Shown here piece after piece: positions 16,871 to 31,715 of a DNA stretch of 64,000 nucleotides; within the stretch, counting starts at the first letter, position 1, and every line of letters begins with the position of its first letter. Under the pieces are notes generated by a model. The model had not been told where the DNA came from, ran no database searches, and was given only the letters and a program-made list of their open reading frames with translations. The translations under genes and the position numbers were made by a program. The DNA is from the human T2T-CHM13v2.0 reference genome, Homo sapiens: the NCBI RefSeq assembly GCF_009914755.1, contig NC_060932.1; one strand, given 5' to 3'.

Positions 16871-19310
16871 GGAGAAACACTTTTCCAAATATTTATGTGA
16901 AATATATATGGTAAGACTTATGAAATGAGAGAATGTAAAGATACAAAGTACCTGAGAGCTTACCCCTGGTCAGTTACAGAGAGCCTGAACTGCCTTGTTT
17001 TTGTCTTTTAGTACATTTGTTTTTCTTGTAGTGAACTTGGAATGTAAAGCTTGAATTGACAGACCCTACAAGAAGCAACATTATGAAATTTGGGTTTATG
17101 GTTATAAAAACATTGTTAAAAACATTATTCATCATGCTACATAGAGTTTTCCAATGAGTACTCTGTGAAGAATTCTGTCTGGTTGCAGTTCTGATGAGCA
17201 ATAGATCTTGTTTCTCTTAAGACATGAAACACAGCAGAGCAGTAGCTATCCTGAAGTTGGGGTCATTAAACACTAGTCAACACTGGATATTGATTTGTGC
17301 AACTGATGAGATTAGGAGGCAGTTTAAATAAGAAATTAATCAAAGGCGGAGATTAAAAAAACAACAGGAAACATGCATGAGACTAATACAAACATTGATA
17401 ATGTAAATGTACTTCCTAGGGTAGAATATAAATTTTTCCCTAAAGTTTCTTTCCAGCAGCTTTATGAATTAATTGGTATTTGATTGATTGATTGACAACT
17501 CCAGTTATTAACTAAATTGAATCAGCTGGGAAACATTGCCTGGATTACTTCCTCAGAATTATTTCTGCACAGGGACTATATGATTGAATGTAATCAAATA
17601 GACTCAAGAAAGAATTAAATTCTTTAAAGTCACTTAGGCTTTTAATTTTTTCCCTCCTTTTTTGTTTTTGTCTAATAATTGAATACTCATTTAAAAAATG
17701 TGTTATTGATATATCTAAGGAATTAAATGTCATTGAACTAATGTTACCTGTAACGAGGAAGAAATTGTTATTGAAAGAAGGGAAATAAAAAGAGAATAAG
17801 TTCTGCAAGACTACTTTTGTGCCTATGTTTATTTGATGAATTCTGGTAAGGGAGACATATGTGTCTTGCAATCATTGTATACACATTGAGCTTATATGCA
17901 TATTGCTTTAAAATGCTCTGTATTCAATATTTCTACGTCTCCACTTTCTGTTTAAGATCCATCTAGTTTCTCCTGGACAGGAACTATGTATTCTCTGCTT
18001 AAAACAGAAACATCTTGCAAAACTGGCTTGAGTTGGTGATGCTAAGTATGCAAATAGCAGGGAGCGCTGTCTAACTAATAAGAAAGTTTAGTTTGCCAGA
18101 ATTCTATTCATATCAAAGAATCTCAGAAATAGTTAGAAAGTCTGTTTTGGTAGCTACTTACTACCTTCATGATCATCAATAGTTTATGGTTCTATGGTTG
18201 CTACTTTTCCCAGTAGCATTTGTGCTTCCTATTTGATTTTTTGAAGATTTTTGTCAGGTATTAAATAGATTGATTTCTTTTTAAAAAACAGCATAACCCA
18301 ATAAATCTTTTTCTAGATGCTACTTAGTGGCCCATTCCCACTTCCCGTTTTGCATGTGGTCTTGATAAGGTTGCCCCATTCAACTAATTTGTGCTTAGTA
18401 GGAAGGACACTTGAGAGCAGTTGGGACCAGTGTCTGTAATAAATAAATATGAATTCATAATTAGGCAGAGTGAGAATGCCCAGAATGGTTTATCATCACA
18501 ACCATTCCCAAAGCAGGGTTGAGGTCTTATGGGGAGGCCTTACTCTGCTGTTTGTGATCATCCCCAGCTGGCACACAAGCCCGCTGAGTCTGCAATGATG
18601 TCTTCTCAAAGTATATTCAAATATTTGCATTTAAATCAAGAGAGTAATAAAAATGTCAGTTTTAAAAGAGATTATGATTTAAATGGTCTGTTAGAAAAAC
18701 TACAGCAACATTGCTTCTCTCAAAGAAGAAGGCTGAAAGGATAATTAGACATCAGCAGAATACCAACACATTACTGGGAAAAAGAAAGGGCACAGGAACT
18801 TCTAAAATTCACAGAAATAAAAATCAGCACAGGGACCTAGACCTTCATTAGAACCGAGTGATGAGATGAGCTACTAATGTTGATGAACAGCAGTATAAAT
18901 GTTGTAAGGTTTCAGAATATTCCTTGGGATTACTCAGGGAGTGAAAAATTGACACATTTTACATTCTCTTTTGGATTTAAAATAGCCAATAAAATTAGTT
19001 TTCCTAACATATACTTAAATCAATATGCACGCTGCAAGAAGCCAAGTTCGAGGGCACAATTTAGCAGATATCATGTGTTAGTTGTTGCTACTGTTAACAG
19101 CCTTCTCTTTTTTTCCTGGGGTCAGAGCCAATTAAGAGACGTATAGAAGACTGAGAGTTAGAGATCAAAATACCGGCTTTATGGCTTATCAAAGCCAGAT
19201 AGGAGAATAGGGTTTTATGTGTGGGCCAAAGGGGATACTAATTTCTCCCCTATGAACTGAAGTCAATTCCGTACACTGCGCGGGACTGCACCTAGGGCAG
19301 TGAGGGTGGG

Positions 19311-19328
19311 GTGCTGCCCCCTAGCGGA
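19311..19328 (-). promoter_or_regulatory. CTCF core motif in a small CpG cluster
   Basis: Minus strand CCGCTAGGGGGCAGC (19327-19313) fits the CTCF core consensus. Several retained CpGs at 19270-19370 in otherwise CpG-poor DNA. Confidence 0.7.
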
Positions 19329-19859
19329 GGGCTCCGGTGCACACAGGCGACAACAGCCACAGACCCACCGCCCTCCTGCTCTATCTCCTTTGGTAATTCA
19401 TGAGACAGTTTCCTGGGAAGTCCCATGTTTAATTTTCATCTTAATTGACTTTGAAACAGTATTCTCTGTGTAGCCATGAGAAAATGAGAATTTGTTTCTT
19501 ATAGATCTCCACTGAACTACTTTATCATTTCTGATTGAGTCAATTCCTTATTTTCCTCTCGTAAATAACACCCACTCGCCTCCAGGTTAAAGTTTTCCTT
19601 ACTTGACAAAATCAGATACTAAACAAAATATGATTAAAATAAGTCGAAACTCTTGCTCATCCTTACCAGAGTTGCACAAATTCTATCTTGAATATAACAG
19701 GCACAGTCTCGGGATTTTCTTACTCTGATTCAAATACAAAGTGAGCAGCTGGTTTATGGCCCAGCAGGAGCCAAGGGCGACCCACCTACCTCCTAATCTA
19801 GAGCTCTTCCCACTTCGCAGCACTTGCCACATAAGTAAGATGGAGGTCTCACAGAGCAG

Positions 19860-20090
19860 TTGCGAGTGCACTGTGGAGGCAGGTGGCTTTGAGTTTGGAT
19901 TTCAGCTGTGCTCTGACTAGCCCTGTGACTTTGAGAGAGGTTATGACCTTCCTGGGTCTCCAGTGTTTCATGGGCAAAATGCAGACCACAACGTTTCTGT
20001 TGCAATATTGCTGTATTTAAATGAGATTATGTGTTTGAAATGCATCTTACTGTGCCTGTGGTAGCTTAGCACTAATAAGTGCTGGCATGA
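19860..20090 (+). mobile_element. MIR SINE
   Basis: ctgtgactttg...atttaaatgagattatgtgtttgaaatgc...agcactaataa. Confidence 0.65.
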
Positions 20091-20574
20091 CCCATTGTTA
20101 AGCTGCACTTACCCATAGTATGAATAAAAAATAGTTTAATTTTACACAAGTTGTAAATGAAAAGGGAATGAGTATGTAAATAAACCATTTGAAAAGATAC
20201 ATCAGTTACATGGCTTCTTCCTAGAAACCAGTCGTCGGCAGAAGCGATCTATCGACACCTTCTTTCTTTTCTCATTTCTGGTTTGGTTTCTGGCTGCTCT
20301 TCCTCATTTTTTCCTTTTGTGGCTGCCTTGTGTCTCTGTGAGACCACTGGGGCTTTGTTCCTCCAATCTTGTCTCCCTCTGTCCAACCACAGCTACCTTT
20401 CTTCGTCCTCACAGCCTGATGTCATGATAAGGGGAGTAACTTCCCCCTTCCACATATAACAGAAAGTAACACTTCAGCAACCCCCAACTCTGGAGTTAAT
20501 AACTCAGTTTTCTTTTGGTTCTGGAACAGTTCAAAGCTCTCTCTCTCTTTTTTCTTCTTTTAAAAATGTATTTG

Positions 20575-20800
20575 ACAAACACTATGTAGTACTTGCTATG
20601 TGCCAGACACTGTTCTAAGCACTTTACAAGTATTAAGTCATTTTATCTTCCTATATCTAATCCAATTTTATATAAAACAGAAACCAAAGCAGAGAAGGGC
20701 TTAGTAACTTACCTGAAGTTACCCAGCTGGTACTTAGTGGAAGCAGGATTTCAGGCTGAGGAGTCTGGCCCCGGTCTCTGTGCTTTTAGCAGCTCAGCCC
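20575..20800 (-). mobile_element. MIR SINE
   Basis: ctatgtgccagacactgttctaagcactttaca...agtaacttacctgaagttacccagct. Confidence 0.8.
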
Positions 20801-20919
20801 AGCTGCTTCTCGGCCACCCTTGCGACATCATCTTCCATCTCACACTGCCAAGGGCAGGAATGCCAGACTTATTAGAAAAGCCTTGAAAAACTTAAGAATG
20901 TAAGTATTAAAAAGTTCAG

Positions 20920-21160
20920 CATCTCAAATATTTATCATTGCTTTGTAGTGAGAACACTTAAAATCTTTTCTTTTAGATGTTTTGAAATACATAGTACATT
21001 AACTATAGTCACCATGTTTTGCAATAAACCACCAGAACTGATTCCTCCCATGTAACTGAAACTTTGCACTCTTTGGCAAACATCTCCCCTTTCCCCGACT
21101 TCCCCACCATAAACACATACAACTTTTATTTGCCAATTAAAAATAAAATAAAAACAAAAA
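20920..21160. mobile_element. Short L1MA 3'UTR insertion with internal inversion
   Basis: 20920-21105 is minus-strand L1MA 3'UTR; 21105-21160 is the plus-strand L1MA terminus caccataaacacatacaacttttatttgccaattaaaaataaa with an A tail. Confidence 0.75.
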
Positions 21161-21809
21161 GAGGTGCAACGAACAGTTGTGCTTTCATCATCCAAAACAC
21201 TAAGGGTAATGCTGGTCCAAGAGAATGACAGATTTTTGAGGATGGTTTTGTTGTTTTTATTTTGTTGGTATCACAGAGGAGTTGGGAGAGTTCTGAACAC
21301 AGAAAATGAAAGAGGAACTGGAGCAGGGGACAGGAAATTTACAAATGTCAGAGCTGAAGTAGTAGAGCAAAAGAGGGACTATTGGTTGGGCTTACGGGAT
21401 CATTGTGGAGTTTACCATTGTCATCCTGAGCAAAGCACAGGGCTGAGAACAAGGAGGGAGAGGGAGGAAAGAGCCTCGGATAAGGCAGTGCTGGGGCCAG
21501 AGGGAAGGCTGCTGTCATCTCTCAACTGGGATTAGCTACCCCATGCCTCCCGGGCTTTTTGCCTTTCTGAATTTGGGGGTGGCTATGCCTCAGAGATGTG
21601 CTCTTGGAGGAAACTGAAGCACACTGAAAGTGAAATGTCACCTCAGTTATGAATGATCCTGATGAAGACGGTAACCAGGAAGTGTCTGAAGCCTGAAGCC
21701 ACCACTCTATAAACACCAAATGTATTGCTGAGCTCGAGAATAAAAATGATATGTGTTAACTGTAGGCAAGGGACACATAAGCAAGGCAAAGTATTACCAA
21801 GAGGCACAA

Positions 21810-23095
21810 TTTTTTTTTAATTGTTATATATTTTTGTTTAAAAATTTTAAGAATACAATACATTGTTGTTAGTTATATTACCATGTTGTATAATAGCTCT
21901 CTTGAATTTACTACTCCTGTCTAACAGATATTTTATATTCTTTGACCAACATCCTCCTAACTCTCCCATCCCTGTCCCTGGTAAGCACCATTCTATTCTC
22001 TACTTCTTGGAGTTAGACTTTCTTAGATTCCACACATAAGTGAGGTCATGCAGTATTTGTGTTTCTGTCCTGGCTGATTTCAGTTGGCATAATGTCCTCC
22101 AGGCTCATCCATGTTGTCACAAGTGACAGGATTTCCCTCTTTTTAAGGTTAAATAATAATCCATTGTGTATATATGCCACATTTTCTCTATTCATTCATC
22201 TGTTGAGAGATACTTAGGTTGATTTCACATTTTAGCTATTGTGAATAATACTGCATTGAACATAGGAGTGCGGGTGTCTCTTTGATACACTGATTTTAAT
22301 TTTTTTGGATAGATACCCAGTAAAGGGATTGCTGGATCACATGGTAGTTCTATTTCTATTTTTTTCAGTAACTTCTGTATAGTTTTCCATGCTGGCTGTA
22401 TGAATTTACATTCCTACCAACTGTATACAATGGTTCCCTTTCCACTACATCCTCACCAACACTTGTTATCATTCATCTTTTTGATACAACCATTCTAACA
22501 GGTGTGAGAGGGTATCTCATTGTGGTTTTAATGTACATTTCTCTGATGATTAGTGATGTTAAGCATTTCTCATGTACTCATTGATCATTTGTATCTCTTA
22601 TGTTAAGAAATGTCTTTTCTCATCCTTTGCCCACTTAAAAATCAGGTTGTTTTCTTGCTATTGAGTTGTTTGTGTTTCTTACGTATTTTCAATGTTAACC
22701 CTTTATCTGATACATGGTTTTCAAATATTTTCTCCCATTCTATAGGTTGTTTCTTAATTATGTTGATTGTTTCCTTTACTTTGCTGAATCTTTTTAGTTT
22801 GATGTGATCCTGTTTGTCTAGTTTTGCTTTTTTATTGCCTGTGCTTTCTTGGTCATTCCCAAAAATCATTGCCCAGACCAGTATCATAGAGCTTTGCCCT
22901 TCTGATTTCTTCTAGGTAGTTTTACAGATTCTGGTCTTAGGTTTAAGTCTTTAATCCATTTTGATTTGAGGTTTGTGTATGATGGAAGATAAGGATCCAG
23001 TTTTATTCTTTTGCATGTGGGTATCCAGCTTTCCCATTGTCATTTGTTGAAGAGGCTCTCCTTTCCCCATTTAGTATTCTTGGGCTCTTCATAGG
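21810..23095 (-). mobile_element. L1MA 5'-truncated 3' fragment
   Basis: T tail, L1MA 3'UTR, ORF2 remnant (KQPIEWEKIFENHVSDKGL); degenerate TSD aagaggcacaattttt (21799) / aagtgacacaattctt (23100). Confidence 0.92.
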
Positions 23096-23149
23096 AACAA
23101 AGTGACACAATTCTTAGAAGTAGTGTTAGTACAATAAAACCCAAACTGG

Positions 23150-23360
23150 GCAGTAATATGGGTCTCTGGCACCTCTAGTTATTGTCTGTGGGACCCTGAG
23201 CAGTTTCAATAAGCTCTCTGTGCATTCATTCCCTGAACAGAAAAATGCAGAAAACACCTAAATGGTTAGCAATCATTACCAACAGGTTAGAGATGGCATT
23301 TGTTGAGTGTCTTGTTCAACACCTGGCAGATAGTAAGTGCTTAAATATTTTCTGAATGAA
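23150..23360 (+). mobile_element. MIR SINE (degenerate)
   Basis: gaccctgagcag...ctctctgtgc...cctggcagatagtaagtgcttaaata. Confidence 0.55.
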
Positions 23361-23809
23361 TAGTGGGAATTCAAAACTACTAGTTTTCCACTGGAACAAA
23401 AAAAAACTTAAAAGACTCCAGAGGCCCTGTTTATATTAAAAGCTTGTGAAAGCACAGGAGAGTAGTGCGTGGAATATGAGACCACACAGTTGCACCACCC
23501 AGAATTCAGGGTCATTACAGATTTGTCAGAGGTGTTTCATTTTCTGAATAAAAGAAAACAAATAAATTATTGTTCTTTTCAATATTATATTTGTATCAAG
23601 AAAATGTACAAGAAATGTAGAGTTTCATTCTCTGGGCAGGCCGTATCAGTTGAGGCATCAGAAAGAGACAACACAGCCCTCATTTGCTTCCATTGCTTTG
23701 TGGCAAGTCTAAGGATATTTCAGAGTGAAACAAATATGGACACAAAGGATCTGAGCTCCTTTTCCAGAAGCATTTTTTCTGAGGACAGACCCAAACAGAG
23801 ATGGCTCAG

Positions 23810-24214
23810 TGATATAGTTTTGATCTGTGTCCCCTCTAAATCTCATGTTGAAATGTAATCTCCAATGCTGGAGGTGGGGCGTGGTGGGAGCCGTTGGGAT
23901 CATGGGGGCAGATCTCTCATGGCTTGGTGCTGTCTTCCTGAGAGTGAGTTTTTGTGAGATCTGGTTGTTTAAAAGTGTGTGGCACCTGCCCCCTCACTCT
24001 CTCTCTTGCTCCTGCTCTGGCCATGTGATGTGCCTGCTCCCTCTTGGCCTTCTGCTGTGATTATACTTCCCAAGGCCTCCCCAGGAGCTGAGCAGATGCC
24101 AGCATCGTGCTTCCTGTACAGCCTGCAGAACCATGAGCCAATTAAACCCCTTTTCTTTATAAATTAACCAGTCTCAGGTATTTCTTTATAGCAATGCAAG
24201 AACGACTTAATACA
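23810..24214 (+). mobile_element. MaLR solo LTR (MSTB-like)
   Basis: TGATATAGTTT...aaatctcatgttgaaatgtaatc...attaaacc...tttatagcaatgcaagaacgacttaataCA. Confidence 0.9.
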
Positions 24215-24453
24215 CCCAAGTGAACCACAGTCTATGTGATATTTGAGGACTGTGGAGAATGTGGCTGCTCCAGGAAAGCACAGAGGGACAGCTATGCTCC
24301 TCTCTAAGGAGAACCCCCTGTAACTGATGGCACAGAGCTCAGTGAAGGCAGCGCCATGGGCAGTTAACAAATGAACGATTAGCAGGAACCTAGAAGAGGA
24401 AAAACTGATTGCTGGGAGTCAGCACCAGTTGTCTCAGAAAAAAAATCTTTCCA

Positions 24454-24747
<294 letters not shown>

Positions 24748-25469
24748 TCTTTCCAGAATAAACATATGTGTATGTGTGTATATGTATATATATGATTGTG
24801 GTTTGGTACAGCAGGGAAATAGTATAGCTGTGTTTAAGTAAGAACTTGGTAAATCCTTTTTGATGATATGGTTAGGTAGACTCATAAATAGGTTGTTGAA
24901 AAATTCTTGTGTAGAATCTGAATAATGGTGATGATCTCATAGAAAACAGGTGCTCCTGGTATCCTCAGTGCTAGTGAACTGGTTAAATTTAATGATGAAT
25001 TTGCTTCTGCAGAGACAACTTAAAGGTTATTCATGGTCTTGCAACATTAACATTTAGACACTTCTCTACAATTTCATGTTTCTTCTTGGAGGACTTGTTG
25101 ATTTAATTTAAAAAATGTCATTTACTAATGGTAAAGGTCATTACATGAAAGGAAAATGATAAATCTCTAATATTCACTAATGAAGGATTTATGGTAAATA
25201 TCACACACTTAGAATTATCTTCAAAGTAAGAATAACGCTTGTTTGGCCTTTTATTAAAGCTCCAACTATCAAGGCTAATATTTTATCAATCTTTTGTATT
25301 TTGATTTCCATTCTACTTCACTGCATGTCCATGTTCAGTGTATTAACTTGCTAAAAATGGAATTATAGGTGTCTTTAGGGATAAATATATAATTTTTGGC
25401 AGATTGAAGACATTTGCTAATAGTGAAGTCTTCCTCATTTAGCAGTGAAGTCTTCCTTTGTTTGAACAG

Positions 25470-26221
<752 letters not shown>

Positions 26222-26225
26222 CAGG

Positions 26226-26620
26226 TGCTATAGTTTTAATGTCCCCTCCAAAACTCATGTTGAAATGTAATTGCCATTGTAACAGTGTTGAAAGGTGGGA
26301 CCTTTAAGAAGTGATTAGGTCATGAGGAACTCTGTTTTTGTGAATGGATTAATGCCATTATTGTGAGGCTGGGTTCCTGATAAAAATGGATGAAGTTCCA
26401 GCCCCCAACCTCTCTCTGACTCATGCACTCTCCCTTCAGGCTCTCTCACCATGTGATGCCTTCTGTCATGGTATGATGCAGCTAGAAGGCCCTCACCAGA
26501 TGCAGCCCCTTAATCCTGGACTTCCTGGCCTCCAGAACTGTGAGCCAAGTAAATATCTTTTCTTTATAAATTACCCAGTCTGAGGTATTTTGTTATAGCA
26601 GCAGAAAATAGACTAAAACG
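26226..26620 (+). mobile_element. MaLR solo LTR (MSTD-like)
   Basis: tgctatagttttaatgtcccctccaaaactcatgttg...gactaaaac; 5-bp TSD acagg at 26221-26225 and 26621-26625. Confidence 0.9.
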
Positions 26621-27799
26621 ACAGGTATCCCTAACTTTTGGTAGGCCCCAGAACAATTTCTTGTAGTTGCTGTGGTATAAGTTCATGTTAAAAACCTGCA
26701 AGTTCTGAGACAGTGCATCAGTTCTCCCAGAAGTCAATGCAGCTTGCAGGTGTTGCATGGAGAAAGGAAAAGCACAGCTTGGCCATTGAGAGATTGTTTT
26801 GTTTGTTTGCTTATTGTGTTTGCTTGCACATGTTATGAAAATTAAATTAATTTGAAAATCCCTTTTTGAATGGATGATTTAGAGATAATATTTCAACATA
26901 AAAAAGATATATGCGTACTGAAAGAGTAAAATGAAAAATAAATGAGATCTGACATCCTCTGTTAGTGCATTTTTTACATTTATTCTCCATTCCATTTGAT
27001 GTATTAAGGCTTTTTGGCTGTGAGCTTAATGATAAGCTCACAATCTTCCCCAGGAAAAAGCAATTTGAAAGTGGTTGTGGCTGAAGGCACATTATGATGG
27101 CAGAAAATCAAATAGAACACTGACTTCCATTTAAGATTGTCAGCTTGATGAATAGAGTGATGTTGACTTAAAGCAGACAGGACCTGACAGAGACGGTCTA
27201 TTCCCAACAGGTGGAAGGCATGTGGAATGATTAAATAAAACATATTTGGTCACTCTATCCTAGAAACTATGTATTTCACAACTTTTGAACATACAGAATT
27301 AAAACAAACTAATACCTAGAAGCTTTCAAGCCAAATCCTCTTTAAATAATGTCCATTTTGATTAAGTTTGTAATCATGTACATATTTTCTCCTTTCTTCT
27401 TTGATGGAAATTTTGATTCTTTGCAAAATTTTTTACCTAATTTATTATTCAAAAATAATATGCTTTTTTTGTTAACAATTTTATTTTCTAATTTGGGATG
27501 CAATCCTAATCTTGTGTGATTAACCTTGTACTTTGTGATTTTTCAGATATTATATTTGTGGATTTTCATAGTTCTTGACTTCTTATACAATCGGAGAATT
27601 AGTGGAGGCTGGTTATAAGTAGTAAGCATGACTCAAGTTTAAGGTATGAACCCTGCAGACTTACCAGTCAAACAAGATTGGAAAAATATAGGAGTCAAAC
27701 ATTTAAACTATTAATATTCACAGTTTCTAATGTATTTATTTAAACATTTCTTTCTCCCTCCTGCCCCTGCTTCTCTTACCTCTCTTCCTTTACGTAAAA

Positions 27800-28170
27800 A
27801 AAATTTTTATTGAATTCTTAGTGTGTGTCAAACTGGAGATGGAGGAATAAGAAACACTTGGCAACTTCAAAGCTTTCACTTTCTTCTGGAGGAAGAGACA
27901 GATAAGTGTAGGTATATGCAAAATGACACTCGCGATAGACTTAGTAAGCATGCTGGCAGAAGTTTGAAGAGTTTCACAAGATCATGGAGGAGGAACTTTG
28001 CTTAAGGAAGTCAGAAAACATAGATGAAAATGATGATTACATGGTTTCATTTATTTATACCAAAGAGTGTTACATACTTGGCATCTGTCTATTTAAACAT
28101 TTGAGAGGAAGATAAAGATGAATGAAGACTAACTTCTGAAAGACTAAGTTCACCGGAGAAAACAATTAAT
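27800..28170 (-). mobile_element. L2 3'-end fragments
   Basis: tttattgaattcttagtgtgtgtca...ggaagagacagataag; degenerate. Confidence 0.45.
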
Positions 28171-28429
28171 GGGTTAAATATGTTTTATTTGTATTGAAGT
28201 ATCTCTGTTTCAATGCAAGAAACAGAAGAAAGGGTGTGGGCAACGTGGGGATTCTCTAAGTTGGACATTTGAGGGCACAGAGGAACGGCTTATACAAAGG
28301 AACATACGTAAAGTGAGTAACACACACCTGGCATCATGGAAGAGGCCATGAAGAGGGATGAAATATGAGTAAAGACTACAGCTCGTGGTATGAAACCATT
28401 GTTTAAATACTGTTTTCAAAAATTTTTAT

Positions 28430-29760
28430 GTTTCAAAGTTTTTATTATGGACAATCTCAAATAGGTGCAAAAGTAGAGAGAATAGTTTAAGGTCTAATAG
28501 TATTCGTATAATAATAGATAACTCTGCCCCCATCAAGTGCTCATCATCTGACTTCAACCAGTCTTATTTGATGCATACTCCCCTTCCTCCACCACAGGAT
28601 TATTTTGAATTCCAGACATCATAGAATTAATTGCAGCTATAAATGTCTTTGTATTTATCTTTATAAGGTAATTCTTTTTTTCCTAAAACCATAAGATGCA
28701 AACATTATCTTATCTGAATTATTAATAATGAGTTCTAAATATTATCAGATTATCTAGTTAGTGTTCAAATTGTCACATGCATTTTTTTTTTCCAGTTGCT
28801 TAGTTTGAATCAGGATCTGATATGGTTTGGCTGTGTCTGCACCCAAATCTCATCTTGAATTGTAGCTTCCATAATTCCCACACGTCATGGGAGGGACCCT
28901 GTGGGAGGTAATTGAATCATGGGGGTGGGTCTTTCCCATGCTCTTCTCTTGATAGTGAATAAGTCTTATGAGACCTGATGGTTTTATAAAGGGGAGTTCC
29001 CCTGCACAAGCTCTCTTGCCTGCCACTTTATAAGATGTGCCTTTGGTCCTCCTTTGCCTTCCGCCACCATTGTGAGGCCTCCCCAGCCATGTGGAACTGT
29101 GAGTCCATTAAACCTCTTTTTCTTTATAAATTATTACCCAGTCTTGGCTATGTCTTTATTAGCAGTGTCAGAACAGACTAATACAGGATCCAAACAAGGT
29201 TCACTGATTATATCTGGTGAATATGTAGCTCTAATCTGTTTTCATCTACAGGTGTCCACATCCTGACATTTTTGGTTCCCAGCAATTCATTTATGAAAGA
29301 AAATAGGTTGTCATGTAGCATTCACTACATTCTAGACTTTGATGATTAGTATGATGAGTGTAAAATCATGCAAATATACAATTAACATGCTCTTCTAGAT
29401 TGTAGATAGATCTAGATGCCTAATCAGATTCTATTCAATTTTTTTGGCATTGATACTTTCCAGGTGGTGGTGTGTATTTCTGAGAGGAGGCACACAATGT
29501 CATATTTGGTAATGTTAAGATTGATCAATGAGTTCCTAGGGTATCAGCCTGATTCATCCACTGTGATCTTACATATCAACTTTTCATCTTATGGTTTTAG
29601 TAACTAAAAACCATGATTGCCTAAGTCCATTATTTCATTGGAGGCTGATAATGGCAATATTCCAATCCAGAGTAGATAGTAAATCCCACCAAGATGTGAT
29701 TCTGAATGGCTGGATTCATGGTCCAGAGTGCAGCTAGTGAACAACTCTGTGTGGCCTGAA
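28430..29760 (-). mobile_element. Ancient L1MC4/5-like 3' fragment interrupted by THE1B
   Basis: tttattatgga...caaaagtagagagaatag; tttgaatcaggatc[THE1B]caaacaagg continues across the insertion. Confidence 0.7.
28818..29185 (+). mobile_element. THE1B solo LTR
   Basis: TGATATGGTTTGGCTGTGTC...gaacagactaataCA; perfect 5-bp TSD ggatc. Confidence 0.95.
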
Positions 29761-29769
29761 AAACTGGGA

Positions 29770-30080
<311 letters not shown>

Positions 30081-30104
30081 TAATTAAAAGTAGAGTAATT
30101 TCTA

Positions 30105-30185
30105 CTTATATAGTGGCAGGCAAGAGAGCTTGTGCAGGGGAACTCCCCTTTATAAAACCATCAGGTCTCATAAGACTTATTCACT
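30105..30185 (-). repeat. 81-bp inverted copy of THE1B segment 28954-29034
   Basis: Reverse complement of 28954-29034 with one mismatch. Confidence 0.95.
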
Positions 30186-30629
30186 GTAGAATCATATGTA
30201 GAAGAAAAGTATGCATTTCAATACCCTTCATAGATTCAGTATCTCCTTTGCGTAGTCCATTAGTAGCATTTGAAGCATAATTCCACATCTGAATTTCTGC
30301 CAGTGAGATGTGCTGCTGTTGTTAGATGATTTGGTAGTGTTCCTCCATTCATTCCTACCAGCTCCTGCTTAAGTATTATTTGTTTACTATATTCGTGTAT
30401 TTTCTTATTTTTAATTAATGTACTTATTTTTGGAAGAAAATACCACTGAGGAGCATGGCAATAGTATCTCATGTGGCAATATTAGAATACCAGAGCCGAT
30501 AACATTCCGAGCATCCCTCTGTGAATGCATTGGTGAAAACAGCCATCCCACAGTGATATGTCATTGAACACCGCCTTGTTAGCCTACCTTGAGCCTTCCT
30601 AGATGGCCACATATAATAGATTTCAATAA

Positions 30630-31571
30630 TATGTGCAAATTGGTGTTTGACATTTGTAGTCACAAAGGGAACACATTCAGAGTGACTCATGCTGCTTTTT
30701 AATGCTCTGCTGTCACTGTCTTGAAATTCTTTTAAGCTCTTTTGCTACGCCACTAGCATATAGCATTTGAGATGCCTCATGAGTCCAGAATTCCCATGGA
30801 CCCATGACAGGTAGGATTTCAGAGAAGCTTAGAGTGAGGACAAAGTAAGCTGGGGCATTGACTCTCCCCAAAGGCTAGTCTCTGTTTGAGCCAGGACTTC
30901 CTTCGAATGCAGAAAGAAGCAAATGGTTTGCATTGACTCTCCCCAAAGGCCAGTCTCTGTTTGAACCAGGACTTCCTTCGAATGCAGAAAGAAGGAAATG
31001 GTTTTCTAAGACCAACAGACCCTTCGATATCCTTTTTTACTGGTGTTACTTCTTTGTATTAGCCATCACTTATGCTGACAAGGATGACATGGGGTGATGA
31101 TATTGTTCTTTTCCCCTTCAATCCTTCCTTACTTATCCATAGACTAAGGTAGAGTGTTGGTAGAGTACATACACACCAAGAGGTGAAATGAACACAGTTG
31201 AGTTAACTTTGTGTAGTTTCCTTTGTTCTGGTAAGAACAAAATGCACATGCATGCATGAACTACAAAATGAGAATTGTGTAATTCTGGTGATTCTGCATC
31301 CAAGTAAGCTGTTCTTATATTTGCATTTAAAACAATATAAAAATGCATAATAAAATTTGTGCTAATAATTTAATGTTTTAATTTTCTTTACTTAGAGCAA
31401 CATTAAATAGCAAATAAAAAACATCTTCACAAGCCAAGTCAGAGACCATAAAATAAAGGAAAAAGTTTTATATTTTGGTACTTTCAATGGCACTTTGGGG
31501 CCTGCATTTTGAACAAGGGGTCCCACATTTTTATTTTTCACTAGGCCCTGCAGATTCTATCGCCAGTCCTG
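30630..31571 (+). mobile_element. MER45B-like hAT DNA transposon
   Basis: tttaatgctctgctgtcactgtcttgaaattctt near the start; ttttgaacaaggggtcccacatttt...ggccctgca...gccagtcctg at the end. Confidence 0.8.
30855..31004 (+). repeat. 75-bp x2 tandem duplication
   Basis: Units 30855-30929 and 30930-31004 differ at 3 positions. Confidence 0.97.
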
Positions 31572-31715
31572 TCTGTAAGAAACTACCAAGTTCTGTGATA
31601 ACGTTTTCCCCTTGATGTCACACTTGAGTAGTTTTCTCTTTTCTCCTAGTTATTTTGACATTTTGTATAGTCCTAGAAAGACTGACTTAATGAATGACTT
31701 GTCTCATATTTAGTC

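Noticed and set aside
25422-25457. agtgaagtcttcct repeated twice
   Set aside because: Trivial local slippage duplication; not a CRISPR-like array.
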